A stretch of DNA of 62,997 nt, counting the filler, from Rhabdomonas costata (Eukaryota), in NCBI GenBank assembly GCA_019059605.1. It is 45 parts of 45 records of this genome, joined end to end, with 100 filler letters (N's around TTAATTAATTAA, not from the genome) between each part and the next. Parts side by side here need not be neighbours in the genome. Positions count along the whole stretch, not along the records: positions 1 to 1,303 come from JAHMHO010020003.1; positions 1,404 to 2,706 come from JAHMHO010020004.1; positions 2,807 to 4,109 come from JAHMHO010020005.1; positions 4,210 to 5,512 come from JAHMHO010020006.1; positions 5,613 to 6,915 come from JAHMHO010020007.1; positions 7,016 to 8,318 come from JAHMHO010020008.1; positions 8,419 to 9,720 come from JAHMHO010020009.1; positions 9,821 to 11,123 come from JAHMHO010020010.1; 37 more parts are not named here. The stretch is one strand, 5' to 3'. Shown here piece by piece: positions 1-12,196 of the stretch (its first letter is position 1; every line of letters begins with the position of its first letter). The position numbers were made by a program, and so were the translations under genes. The notes under the pieces are model-generated. The model was not told the origin of the DNA, made no database searches, and worked only from the letters and a program-made list of their open reading frames with translations.

Positions 1-50
1 GGGGTGTGGGACAGGCAGGCCAGGAAGGGTGGGAGAAGCGTGGGGCGTAC

Positions 51-762
51 GCTGAGCACGTCGAAGAATGCGGAGCAGTTCTGCAGTGCGGAGATGGCCA
101 GGTCCACTGTGTTGAGCAGCTGAAAAAAAATTCAAAACTCGGGCAGGTGAAAAATTGCGGCGGAGAGCGACGACCAGGGCAGCCGAGCTGCCGATTCTCG
201 GGGATCTCGCGAAGTTTTCCAGCCATTTTTTCTTTCGCATCGTGGGTTTGCGTGCAATTTTTTTTTGCATCCCTTTTCCGCCAATTTTTTCTTGTGCAAA
301 ATAAGAAAATATCTCGCCTCAAAAACAGAGTTTTTTTTTGTCGAAAAACAAAAACCTGCACATCAAACAAAATGATTCCTTCAAGCTTTGCGTTAAAGCA
401 ACCCCGGTCGAATGGACTGCACTGCACTGCAAGGCAGTGCAGGAAATTCTCTCAAAAGCACGTGTTTAGCTCCGGAAAGGACTACAAAATGGAGAGAAAG
501 GAAGAAAGGCGCAAGGCTAACAGATCCCTACGATGCCAATTGAATCCCCCATATTCACTAAGCACACTGTACATGCACGTAAAGCTGAGCCAACTTCTGT
601 ACTTAAGCTTCCACCAATGCATGTGTATGTGTATGTGTAGCAATGTAAAAGGTGTATGTGTGGGTGGGCGGGTACGTTGCTGACGTCCATGCAGCAGTCC
701 CCAAACCTCAGGCAGAACAGCCAGCAGTTCACCCGCTCGTGCAGCAGAGGCACCGTAGAGAT
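51..762 (-). CDS. Formin FH2-domain protein, two internal exons
   Basis: Exons 762-676 (ISTVPLLHERVNCWLFCLRFGDCCMDVSN) and 119-51 (LLNTVDLAISALQNCSAFFDVLS), both CAG|...|GT and phase 0. The joined peptide fits the FH2 pattern 'VPRL.ERL...LF...F...' upstream of GNYMN. Confidence 0.7.
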
Positions 763-1303
763 CTGCGCGGCAAGGCAGACACTCGATCCACACGCACCCC
801 ATAACTCGAGACGACATTGCCGCGTTCATTTCTCGGCTGTTACCACATTGAGAGGAACTTTTGCAGTCGCCTGCGGTGCACTATATGCACGGCGGATTAA
901 CCCGCGGTGCTAGGGAGCCCTCCGCGCTCAGTTCTGTGACTGCTGCTCGGAGAACTCTTCAACTCTACTTCTGCCTGGGATCCTCAGGATCATCTGAGGA
1001 TCATCTGCTTCTGACCACAGCACATGCACACGGCACACACACATACAAACTGCATGCGATAGGAGGGGTTCTCATTCAAGTGGGCTTCTGATCGATTACA
1101 TCGAGGCCGCTGCTATGCCCTTCCTCCACTGCTGGACGGAGGTCCTCACCGACGCATTAGAATCGCGATTTAATGGGCATTCAACTGGATGCGCCCGCCC
1201 AGAGCCTCAGGTTCTCGAGAATTACGTCCAGAGCTGACTCCTGACTTGTCGTCAGTTTTCTTGAGGCACACAGACAGACAGACAGACAGACAGACACAGA
1301 AGA

Positions 1304-1403
1304 NNNNNNNNNNNNNNNNNNNNNNNNNNNNNNNNNNNNNNNNNNNNTTAATTAATTAANNNNNNNNNNNNNNNNNNNNNNNNNNNNNNNNNNNNNNNNN
1401 NNN
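1304..1403. other. Artificial contig spacer N44-TTAATTAATTAA-N44 (first of ~44, recurring every ~1.4 kb)
   Basis: Identical N-flanked 12-mer with stops in all six frames at regular intervals; flanking sequences are unrelated. Confidence 0.99.
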
Positions 1404-3141
1404 GGGGGTTTGGCGGGAACTGACCATGGACTACTGGACACAGTGGCTTTGCATCGTAGGAAAACCCATTGCTGCTGCGTGCCACTGCGCGTTGCGGTGA
1501 GAATGCTCAGTGGATGAGCAAATGGCACGTTTACTCTCTTATGTGTGTTCGGCAGATTCCGGACTGCAGCGAAGCGCTGTTTGAGGTGAACTTCAACGAG
1601 CTGTCCTACGAATTCGTCACGGTATCTTTTGTTTGTGTAGCAATTGTGCATATGTGTTTGGTATGGATGAGTCGCGGAAACATGTGATACGTCGACCCTC
1701 CTTGGCGTGGGATGGCGTGGGACGTTGGGACTGGCGTGACATTCCTTCTTTTTCAACTGTAAAAAGAAAACTGGAAAACTGGATGGATTTTTTGTTTTTA
1801 TAAAGTATGTTAAAAACTGTTACAAAAAAGTGAATGTTACGCTTTATGAAGGAATTGGCTCCACTGAATTGTTAGCCGGCTGGCTTTGAAAACTCACTGT
1901 GGAGTGATCGGCACACCCACGTCCAAGTGCCGCAGTGCTCTACCCATGTTGCGGTTTCGCACGGCAGGGGGAGAGCCGTCGGGCCGGCTCCGAGCCCCCT
2001 GGAGCGGTAGCCTACCCGCCCTTGCAGGAGCTTTCTCTTCAGTAGCTGTAAAGCCGAGGAGGAAAGACAGAGAGAGCCTCCTCCCCTTCCGCTACACTCC
2101 CCTTCTTCCTTCGGATTTTTTCGGGCGCTCATTGAACATGCCTCCTCCCCGATTTCTCTCCGCTCCGCTGGGCTTGTGCCTGTTTTTGGTTTTGCATGTG
2201 ATCCGGGGTTCACTCCCCTTCCACCACCCAGCACCTCTACCCGTCTCCCTCCCACTGCATAGCGCCTTCGGGGGTGGCCTGCTTGACCCCCCCGTCGTTG
2301 TTTTTAGAGCAAAACTTTTGCTGTCCAACTGTAAACTTTGTGACTTTGTGTTCCGTCCTGCTTTTCCAGAAATGTGGCGGCAGTTTTGTCCTATGAGTGG
2401 CGGAATTGCGATCTGGCTGCGATCAGAAATTCACCGCAATGATTCATACTCATTCGGGCGTTTTTCACATTCGAAATTCCTTATTGGTATCCTTGGTATC
2501 ACGGAGGGTCGGAGTGGGGGTCAAAGGCTTGAATTTAATTTCGCTGGAAAGCACAGTTAAGGATTCCTGGATTTTTGATGCCTGTTTTCCTTTTATTTTC
2601 TCCCTCAACGTTTTTGCTTCCACTTCACAGGTGTGGACTGAATATTCTCTTTTCCTGAGAAGTTTCAGTCCACACCTGTGAAGTGGAAACAAAAACACCA
2701 ACCCACNNNNNNNNNNNNNNNNNNNNNNNNNNNNNNNNNNNNNNNNNNNNTTAATTAATTAANNNNNNNNNNNNNNNNNNNNNNNNNNNNNNNNNNNNNN
2801 NNNNNNTATTACTCTTATTCGTTGCTTGTGAGAAAGTCGTGCTGGCATGGTGCACCACTCACTGGACGGTTGGGTTCTTAGTGGTCGGAGTTTGACAAGC
2901 AGTGTTATGGTTATTTCTATATGAACTTAGTGTTGGACAAACCCTCAGGAGTAAACTTTGTTGTTTTTGGCCTATTTGACCTATCTAACTCGCGATCGAA
3001 ATGTTCCTAATATAATCTACATGGAACATGACAAATAGAGTGAATATATAGGCATAAACTCTGTCCAGGATCGCGCATTCACTATGTAACTTTCTTCGTT
3101 TGCTTGCCCGCATTGTTTTCTGTTCCCTTTTCCGTGCACAG

Positions 3142-4109
3142 AAACTCCAAAACGTTCCTTCCTATCGAGCTTACCGCCAGCTTGGGTTACGCCGAAGCCA
3201 CCGCCGCACTTCTCTCGGCTGGTTCCCACTTTGGACACGCGTTGTGGGAGGCCTCTGTCCAGGGCCATGCGGATGTCGTTAGTGTTCTGCTGGAGGCTGG
3301 GATGAGCCCATGCGCCCGTTTGCGCGGCGAGCGAAGCGCACTGCACTTTGCAATCCTGTGCGCTCGTTCTGAAGTGGGCAAGGTCCTCATCGAGCGTGGT
3401 GCCACCCTGCAAGCACCGCTTCCCGAAGACCTTCGGGAAAATCTTCTTCCCTCAGACAGCAACCTGCTGCACCTGGCAGCTGTACTGGCCACCAAGGAGA
3501 CCGTCCCGCTGGTGCAAGCACTCTACGCCAAGGACCCCAGTTTGGCTCAGGCCCGAAACGCTGACGGCAAGCTGCCCGTGGACTACGCGCCAGACTTCTT
3601 GCACTCCGCTTTCCTCACTGGAGAACAACTGACGACGGTGCAGCGTCTCACCGGCCAAATGCTACGAACGCACATCTCAGACTCCACAGACACCGCAGAG
3701 CTGGAGGCTGAGCGGGTGGCTTTCGCCCAGGCCGCGCGGGCCGCAGTCACCGGGGGGGCATCTCTGAACCTCACCGATCGTCGCGGGTGGACCCCCCTGG
3801 TGAGATGTGTGATCTACGGTGACCTTTCCTCTGTACGCCTCCTTCTGGAGTGTCAGGCCGACCCGAACAGCCTTTCTTCCTCTGGCCACAGCCCCCTGAT
3901 GTGGGCCCAGCACTGTGGGCACCGAGAGATCCAGGACTGCCTGGTGGAAGCCGGGGCCACCCTCTCCCCGGGGTGCCGGGCCGGGCTTGACCGCCTGGAG
4001 CATGCGGCTGCCGGTGCCGATAAAGAGACACTCTCCTTACTTCAGCCCAGGCTAGCCTCTGAAGATCTCCTGACAGCCCCCAGCACGGCTCGTGGAGAAC
4101 CCAAACCCC
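3142..4109 (+). CDS. Ankyrin-repeat protein (long exon, 3' truncated)
   Basis: Several ANK motifs (SALHFAI, NLLHLAA, GWTPLVRCV, GHSPLMWA, ADPN) in a ~320-aa open frame after a CAG acceptor. Confidence 0.9.
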
Positions 4110-5064
4110 NNNNNNNNNNNNNNNNNNNNNNNNNNNNNNNNNNNNNNNNNNNNTTAATTAATTAANNNNNNNNNNNNNNNNNNNNNNNNNNNNNNNNNNN
4201 NNNNNNNNNGGTGGATGCCTTGGATGTGTACTCCTGGCCCGTGTACTGTACTGGTGGTATTTTATAGGCCTTGCTTCTGGCAGCGCTGCTTTGCGTGTAA
4301 TTTTCGAGCACTCATTTGAAGGTTGCGTTCACCGTTAGAGAGAGGGGGAGAGGTCAAGATGGCCTTAACTTGCCGAACGTCGCCCTCGCCTCCTCAATCC
4401 CCCTTCCGCGCATGCCACTGCCCCTTTTGGGGAGCAGCGGTTGCTGCCGCTCTGCTCTGCGGGCTGTTGGTGGTTGGGGCGACGGCTGGAGAGAATGTCT
4501 CTGGCGTTCAAGGGTGTTACTCGCCCCGTCCCCCGCCCCCTAGTATTTTTTATGGTTAATTTGAATATTTTTGCTCTGGACTCTGCTTCTGAGCAACCAG
4601 TTGCACTTGGGTTGATTTTGTTAGTGAAAGCTTACCCGTGAACACCGGTACCGAACGTATTTAGGAGCGTAGCGACAGCTCATTTCTCTTTCTCTTCCTT
4701 CTTCTCTTGGCTATCTTCGCGCTAGCGAGCATGAAGGACGACGGCGGGGATGGGCGATGCAGGTGGAATTATGGGACAGCTTTGCACTTATGCCAAGAGT
4801 TGTTCCAACACAAGCGGTCCCCCATTGTCACAAAAGCAGTCTTTCTGTAACTGAGTAGATAAAGTAGTGCAAGGGCTGGAGAAAATTTGTATGGTATGCC
4901 GCTACCCTGGGCCGACCGTGTCATGACGTTGAATTGCCCGTGCCACCTCAAAAGTGAGAGTTGGAAAAGTGGTACCCAACAGCCCCCAGTTTTGGACTCA
5001 CTGGGGGTTTTCGGATAATGGAATATGTCTCGTGGGGTGAGGGATGGGTGGTTCTTTTGTTAAG

Positions 5065-5153
5065 ACGTTGTGGGTGTTGTTGTAAGCCCTCCGCTGCGTG
5101 GGGCAAGAAGGGATACGAAAGAGCCGCCAGGGGGCATCGCAACCATCGGCCGA
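5065..5153 (+). repeat. Dispersed repeat family B, copy 1
   Basis: Its reverse complement matches 56089-56177, including the identical core CTTCTTGCCCCACGCAGCGGAGG. Confidence 0.88.
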
Positions 5154-7100
5154 GACTCTGACCCGAGGACCGGCCACGCAGCGTTTTGGGAGGCCTGATA
5201 TGTATACAAAAGACCCCAGGCCTGGTTCGGCTTATCCCTCAATTGTTTGTCCATTGTACACCATCGCAGCATAATTCTTTCTTGTGAATTCGAAGTTCAG
5301 CTCCCCATTTTGTGAATGTACCCGTGTTTTTCAGGTGTGTGAACGACCTTTGTCTTTTTGCCTTTTGCTTCCCAACACAAACCAACTACACCAGCTGTGT
5401 GGCACCCGTTGCCGCTTCTTGAAAGGTGCGCGCTGTTCACCCCTTTCAAGAAGCGGCAACGGGTGCCACACAGCTGGTGTAGTTGGTTTGTGTTGGGAAG
5501 CAAAACCCAAAANNNNNNNNNNNNNNNNNNNNNNNNNNNNNNNNNNNNNNNNNNNNTTAATTAATTAANNNNNNNNNNNNNNNNNNNNNNNNNNNNNNNN
5601 NNNNNNNNNNNNGGTTTTGGTGAATGCTTTTTTCTTTCCCTCTCACAGGTTGCGCGGGTGGACCTCTCCTGTACTGACCCGTCGGATTTCGAGGAGGTCC
5701 CAGTGGAGCAACACTGCCGGGTTCCCGGAGGGGGTACGTCGCGGCGCTCCGTGAAACTCAGTGCACTGACCGGCATCGCCGCCGCGTCTGAGGTGTGATC
5801 AATCCTGGCATCTTATGCACTCATGTGCTCACAGTCTCACTCTCCTTCGCTCTCGGTTAGCAGATTCACCAATACTATTTGCACAAGGCGGTTGCACGTC
5901 CCTTCCCAGCTTTGTCGTGGGGGTAAGTTCTATATTTCCCGCGGTATCGGTATGAGGTTGATTCCAGTGTTCTCTGCTTCCCTCAACTCCATGCACTGGT
6001 CCCACAAGGACCTGCAAAGGGGTCCTCTCAGGCGCTTAACCCTCCGACTTCCATGCCCTTGCTGGTATGCCCACATCCATAAACGCAGAGAAATACTTAA
6101 ATGCATTTGTGTTGCCTCATTCGAAGCCGTTTTTCTGGTTTCGACTTCTGGACCACGATTGATCCGGGGTTGGGGGGGGGGTGCAGCTTTTTCTTCCGTT
6201 ACTCAACTCCAGTACCCTTTACTTTCTTTCAAACTTTGTAGGTGCGCCGAATGTTTGCCCTGCATCTGCTGCGACAAATGGAAGGAAACGACGACGGCGA
6301 ATGGTTTGCTGTTTTTCTTATCCTTGGTACTCTTGGTATTGTCGTGTGTTTGCGGCACGGCAAGGAACCCCCCCCCCTCAAAAAATGCACTTGTTGCTCG
6401 AACTACAAAGCCGTTGCGCTGTTTTACGCATACCAAGTACTGCATTGTTTCGCCAATTTAACCTTACCGCTGCGAACACCAGCGTTCTTCCTCGAAATGG
6501 AGTCCAAACGGGATCTTCTTCTTTGACTTCTTTGACTGAGGGACAGTGGTGTCTGTTTGTTCGCGTTTGTTTATGTTTGTGTGATGCAAAGACAGAAAAG
6601 AAGCACACACACACACATGAAGGAGGGCGGTGATGGAAAGAAAAGAAAAGCTGTCCATAACCTAAGACTGGGTGCTCGCGCGGAGATTCCTCTAGCTCTG
6701 TTGTCAGACGTGGGGTGCCGGCTCACCAGACAACAGGCCAGGACCCTCCCTGCACCACGGCTTATGTACAAAAACACGCGAAAGAAACTCTTGGTCCTTC
6801 CCCAGGACACCAAACCACCACCGGCAGGCATACGACTCACCCAAACACACGCAACGGGGAGGACGCTCCTGGTCTGAGGAGCAAAAGGGGGACGTTGCTG
6901 AGGCAACCCACAACCNNNNNNNNNNNNNNNNNNNNNNNNNNNNNNNNNNNNNNNNNNNNTTAATTAATTAANNNNNNNNNNNNNNNNNNNNNNNNNNNNN
7001 NNNNNNNNNNNNNNNGGGGGGGGTGGAGGGACGTACGAAAGTAAAGGATGCGCCACCTTTTGTGAGGAATGACCGGAATGACCGCCAGTTCCGCACATAC

Positions 7101-8233
7101 CTTTCGGCAATGTTCGTCGCCACGATGACCTTGCGTTTGCCTGGAATGAACTCAAACACGCGCTTCTGCTCTGCGGAGTACAGCTGGGCGTACAGCGGGA
7201 GAACCTGCAAAGGACCGCATCACGTTGCCCTGTGGGCGGATGACTGGTATGGGGTAGGGGGGCTGACAACTCATCATCGGAAGCCATCCAAGTTGGAGAG
7301 CATTCTCCCATTGGGCAAATGAATACCGCCAGCCGCTGCATGCGCGGGTAGGTGGTCCGAAAACCTACCTGAAGCAAACGGGTCTTACAAAACACATTGG
7401 AAGGGCGGAATACTGAAGATCCCCAACAGGCTCAAAAGAAATTCCTAGAGTGTCACCGCAACCAGAGCAGAGAGAAACAGATTCCTCAATAGGGAAGCTC
7501 CGCTTCAGCTTGCTCAGCTCGAAGCACACTTCGTCGATCTCCGCCTCCCCAGTCATAAACACCAGGATGTGACCCTGGGAGGGAGACGGAAAAGCGCGAC
7601 CTGACGGGCAGGCATTGAAGAGGCAGGGGTATTTTCGGAACAGAAAAAATCAACAGCACTCTCCATCATTGTGCACACAAGCGCAGCCTACTGCTCGCTC
7701 TTCCGCGCCATCGCTCGGTTGCAGCACTGGCCCGAAGAGTGACAAAAGGCACCAAAACCCAACCAACCATGTGTGGCATGTATCGCACCCCTCAGCCCGG
7801 CCATTATTCCATCATCGCTGGATAGAGAGCCCTCCCCATATCCCTGTTCATCAACCTGACTTGACTCCTCCCTAAGAATCTTCGTCACGGTTTGGACCGC
7901 CGCCGTTGTGTACGAAGCCACGCTCTGCTTGCTGTACAGCACAGCCACGGGGTACTGTTTCCCAGAGACGTGCAGCACAGGCACTCCAGCGCCACTGGAC
8001 TGCGGCACGCCTTCAACGACGTTCACTACGGAGGCACCCACGGCGGTCTCAAAGAAGGTGACAAATTTCTGCGCCTCCAAAGTGGCACTCATAATCAGTA
8101 CGCGCAGCTCCGGCCGCAGCGCGAGGGCCAGCCGAAGCAACCCCAGTACAATATCTGTAGCAATCGAGCGCTCGTGGGCCTCGTCGATGATCACCACCTC
8201 GTAGGCACCGAAGGAGGGGTCGCTCAGGCACTC
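7101..8233 (-). CDS. DEAH-box RNA helicase (Prp16/Prp22/Prp43-like), four exons
   Basis: Exon 8233-7856 ([15 protein letters not shown]), 7574-~7480 ([13 protein letters not shown]), 7368-7327 ([14 protein letters not shown]), 7204-7101 (VLPLYAQL...[11 protein letters not shown]). The donor of exon 2 is not certain. Confidence 0.95.
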
Positions 8234-10076
8234 CTACATCGTCCCATTCACACCCACACCCACACCCACACTCCTATCCTCCCATCGCGAACATATAACG
8301 AACATATAACACAAAACCNNNNNNNNNNNNNNNNNNNNNNNNNNNNNNNNNNNNNNNNNNNNTTAATTAATTAANNNNNNNNNNNNNNNNNNNNNNNNNN
8401 NNNNNNNNNNNNNNNNNNTGTGTGGGGTCTGGTACCCCCGGCCCATGGGCCCACAGGCCGGGCCTATGGGCCAGCTGGACAATAGTGTACCCGCGGTACC
8501 CCTATACCTGGAACCCCTGAAGGCCCATGTCCTGGCTCGGGCTGTCCAGTGGTGCGGGTGTGGGGCTGTGCAAGCTAGTCAAGCTGGAGCCAGTTGATGT
8601 CCCCCCCTCCTCTCCATTTCTAAGGCCTGTATCGCATAGGATGACCATTGACATATAGGGGTATGGCGTTGCACATTACTGGGACTGTTGACGGAGAGGT
8701 AGACTTTGGGGCAAGTGCGTGGTGGAGGGTTCCTTCTGAGACTTGATTCTCTTAGGGGCCCGGTACGGAAGCCCGGAGACGTCCTGTGGGTGCCTGACGG
8801 TAACCGTACGAGTGTTTACCTGTTACACCCAGCTGTGTGTGTTTGTTAGTGTGCGGATTAGTGTGTCGTGATGGAGTGTGATCTGAAGCCCCCGCTCAGG
8901 GCCGCCTGCTTGCTCTGGCTGCCACTGCCGCGATTGCGGCTAATGCACGAGTCTCATAGTCTTCACTTTTCTAACTCACGAGCCTTCGGGAACGAACTGG
9001 TACCTGCTCCGCGGCAGGCTGCAGCTCGGCTGTCCAGAAGGAAAATGTGAGTGCGTTGTGGCTCTGGACATCGAAAATGCCACCACCCCCCCAAAAAAAA
9101 ACTCACCTTTTCGGGTTGCGGGGAGTTGCAGTGCTGACCTGTTGCTTGCTTTTTTCCTTCACCCCTGAAAGGCGCCTAACCCGAAAAGAAAGAAGCGTGC
9201 TCAGTGAAACAGCAACTTGCATATGGAGTTAAAAGCCAGCAAGTACGGCTGGTTTCTTTTTTTGGAATCACAGGGGACACGCGTGTCGCCTTTCTAACCC
9301 CCTGCATAGCTTCTACTTGGAGATAAATATTTCCTCACTGAAACTCCAAATTCAATTCAACACATTTTCCGGTTAACTCCAACAACAGAGTCGCCCCCAC
9401 CCCCCTCCGTTCCCTATCTCATACGTTCCCTACCACCTCACGCCTCAAGTGGCCCCATCCCGCTTCACTTTCACATTCCCCTATGACTGGATAGCCCCAT
9501 CCACCCCATTTCATTTGGTGGTGGGGATCTCCCTCGAAGGCCGTTTGGGCATCATACCCAACACAAAGAAGGGGCACGCACTCAACCACCAAACCGAATG
9601 AAACCAAGTAGACAGACAGCCTCCCGTTCCCTGACAACATAAACTCGCCCGAACCCCGGAAGCTGGGAATGCCCGAAGGGAAGCTCTCCGTAAATGGTGT
9701 CGCAAGGGTCCACCCCACACNNNNNNNNNNNNNNNNNNNNNNNNNNNNNNNNNNNNNNNNNNNNTTAATTAATTAANNNNNNNNNNNNNNNNNNNNNNNN
9801 NNNNNNNNNNNNNNNNNNNNCAACTACCATCCTTTATCCTGCTTTGTTATGATAGCCTCTGTGCTACGGATTAATGCTTCAAAATTCAACAAGGACCACG
9901 AGGTTGCTCTTTGCACAAACTCTCTGTGGCCTTATGCCACGTCCCACGCTCCAGCAGCAAGACACTATACAGAAGTAGGGAGGGTGCAGTGGAGGGTTCA
10001 CCAGATGGTTCAGTGCGAGCCGTGCGCGTGTGCTCCCACCCCTTCCCGCAAGCTGCGGTGCTTTTGACATTAATTT

Positions 10077-10746
10077 TTACATCACTTGCGCGCCTCCGCA
10101 GCAGGGACAGGAGCAGGTGCATGCCGTGGTGGGGGCCAGCGCTGTGGCCTCTATGGCCGAGGCTGGGGAGTAGTGGTGGGGCGGTGTGCCCGGTGGGTGG
10201 TTCAGCAAGAGGTGGCCCACGACCAGCCCCGCCACCAAAGCGATGAACAGCACCACCTCGTAGAGCATGGCAACGAGCATCAGCAGGTACGCCACCGCCA
10301 TCTGCACCCCATACATTGCGGCCCGGGCCAACAGGAAGCTCTGCAGAAAGTCGGAGAAGGGAGTCACACATTCCCTCCCAGTGCTCTTGCACTCTTCACA
10401 TATGGGTGATTCGGGGCAATTCTTGGAGGGTGCCTGCTCTTTCTATTGGGGTCAGCTGTGTGGAGTGGGGTACGAAATCATCTATGGGGGGTTCCGGGAT
10501 TCAACGGGATTCATCCGTTGTCCCCGCCCCTTGCCGGCGTCTGGCTACGGGTTGTACAGTTTTAGCGTTTTTTGCTCGCTTTCTCTTTCCTTGAAATGCT
10601 ATGCAGCTGAGCTCCCTGCTGGGTTTTGCGAGACAAGCCCACTGGGTGGCCTTCCTGTGGTGGGGGCAGCCTGTGACCTTTGCCAGCCGCTGCATTGGGA
10701 CTCGGGTGGTGCGGACCGCAGTGGACCCTCCAGAAGGGAGCTCAGG
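10077..10746 (-). CDS. Ctr-family copper transporter, 3' exons
   Basis: Last exon 10340-10077 has the Ctr MxxxM (YLLMLVAM) and GxxxG (GLVVG) motifs, a Cys-rich tail and a TAA stop. Probable upstream phase-0 exon at 10746-10678. Confidence 0.88.
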
Positions 10747-11427
10747 CTACGGCGTGCTTGCAGTTCTGGTGGCAGTGCAGATGTCGATTGCAACAGCGAG
10801 CGCTCTAAAGGTGCGACCCACGTTCTGTGTTCTTGAAGTTAAGTGCATTGCACCGTAAACTCTTGATCTTCTCGTTTTACAGAGCTCCGGACCATTGCAC
10901 TCAAGTCCCGATGCATCCGACTGATACCCAACACCAAGGTCTCGACACTTTTGCAACCGAGGCTGCGCCCGCATAAGTGACATTTCTCCACAGAAAGTGA
11001 GACACAAAAAATTCTATGAAGGTGGCAGGGCGGCTTCCTCCTCCCTCTCTCCCTCCGCCGCAAGTGTGCAGTCGATTTTAAATGACATCGCCCTCTAACC
11101 CCCCACCCACACACACCCAACACNNNNNNNNNNNNNNNNNNNNNNNNNNNNNNNNNNNNNNNNNNNNTTAATTAATTAANNNNNNNNNNNNNNNNNNNNN
11201 NNNNNNNNNNNNNNNNNNNNNNNTTGTTTGTTTCTTGATCCTTGTTGGGTGATGAAGACCTGGAACGTATGCCGATGTGAGCCATTGAAGGAATAAGCCC
11301 CCCACCCGCCATCCGACAGACTTCTTTGGGCATACCAGTTGTTGCGAGTGCCTTCTTTTAAACTCTATTATCTCATAAGAGGAGGATTGTGAAAGGGCTG
11401 GCAGTGCGGAGGGTTTGGGATTCTCAG

Positions 11428-12196
11428 GTGATTTCCAAGGCCACTGGGATTCCGGTGCACCAGCTGATGATGGGCGAGAAGGAGAAGCTGATCCACATGG
11501 AGGCTGAGCTGAAGAAGCGCATCATTGGCCAGGTCTGCGAAGCGCTTTCGCATTTCTGTTACCTTCCTTCCAGCACTCTCCAGAGCTGCTTCGGATACTG
11601 AGGATACTGAGGATACTCGGTGCTGTACTGGTTTTCCATTATTTTCCTGTTGCCACTGCATTTTAGCTTGTACTGGATAGATCTTTGTGGGTGCACATCA
11701 TCGTTGCCCAGGGTTTCTACTGATCGTCGATCACTGAGCCAAGAAACCCAACCTGTCGACACCCTTCTCTGATTGTCCCATTTGTTGTTGAGCGCGACAC
11801 ACATACATATCGCGATATAAAGAAAAGAATTAGGGTTTGAGGCGCGAGGCGTGAGGAGACATGAAAAGAGGGAGAGTAATTGTCGGGTTGTCGGGACACT
11901 CGTATACATCGGCTGTTAAGTCGGCAAAACGTTCCCCGAGCGCAAGATTATACCAGTCCACCTGCAAGGAAATAAGGGAGAAGGGTTCAGTCGTGAGGCT
12001 TGAGATGTCGAAGGGGAGATGAGATTGTGTTGTTGATTTAGTGAAACCCTTATCCATCCAGTCACGTCCATCCACTCTACGCCTCCGTTGCAGGACCATG
12101 CCATCACTGCCATTGCAAACACCATTCGGCTGTCCCGTGCGGGGCTGCACCAGCACAACCGGCCCCTGGGAACTTTCATGTTCCTTGGACCCACTG
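11428..12196 (+). CDS. clpB: ClpB/Hsp100 (Hsp78/Hsp104-type) chaperone, two exons at the start of NBD2
   Basis: Exons 11428-11532 ([10 protein letters not shown]...LKKRIIGQ) and 12094-12196 ([35 protein letters not shown]); GT-AG intron, phase 0. Confidence 0.93.

Noticed and set aside
6-683. Long raw ORFs such as 6-683, 1886-2560, 5823-6461, 15649-16425 and 35079-35729
   Set aside because: They are antisense to, or run through introns of, real genes, or are low-complexity with no recognisable motifs.
1348-1359. Regularly spaced TTAATTAATTAA as a biological repeat or CRISPR-like array
   Set aside because: Always flanked by 44 Ns on each side; it is a synthetic six-frame-stop linker. ORFs ending in XXX-LIN are artefacts.
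5363-5505. Perfect 64-bp inverted repeat as a MITE or hairpin RNA
   Set aside because: It sits at a contig end, like those at 2618-2688, 29326-29366, 44566-44775 and 62755-62990; this is the pattern of amplification fold-back chimeras.
7369-7485. GA-AG intron in the DEAH helicase
   Set aside because: A phase-compatible GT donor lies 6 nt further on (TCT|GTTTCT), so a non-canonical site is not needed.
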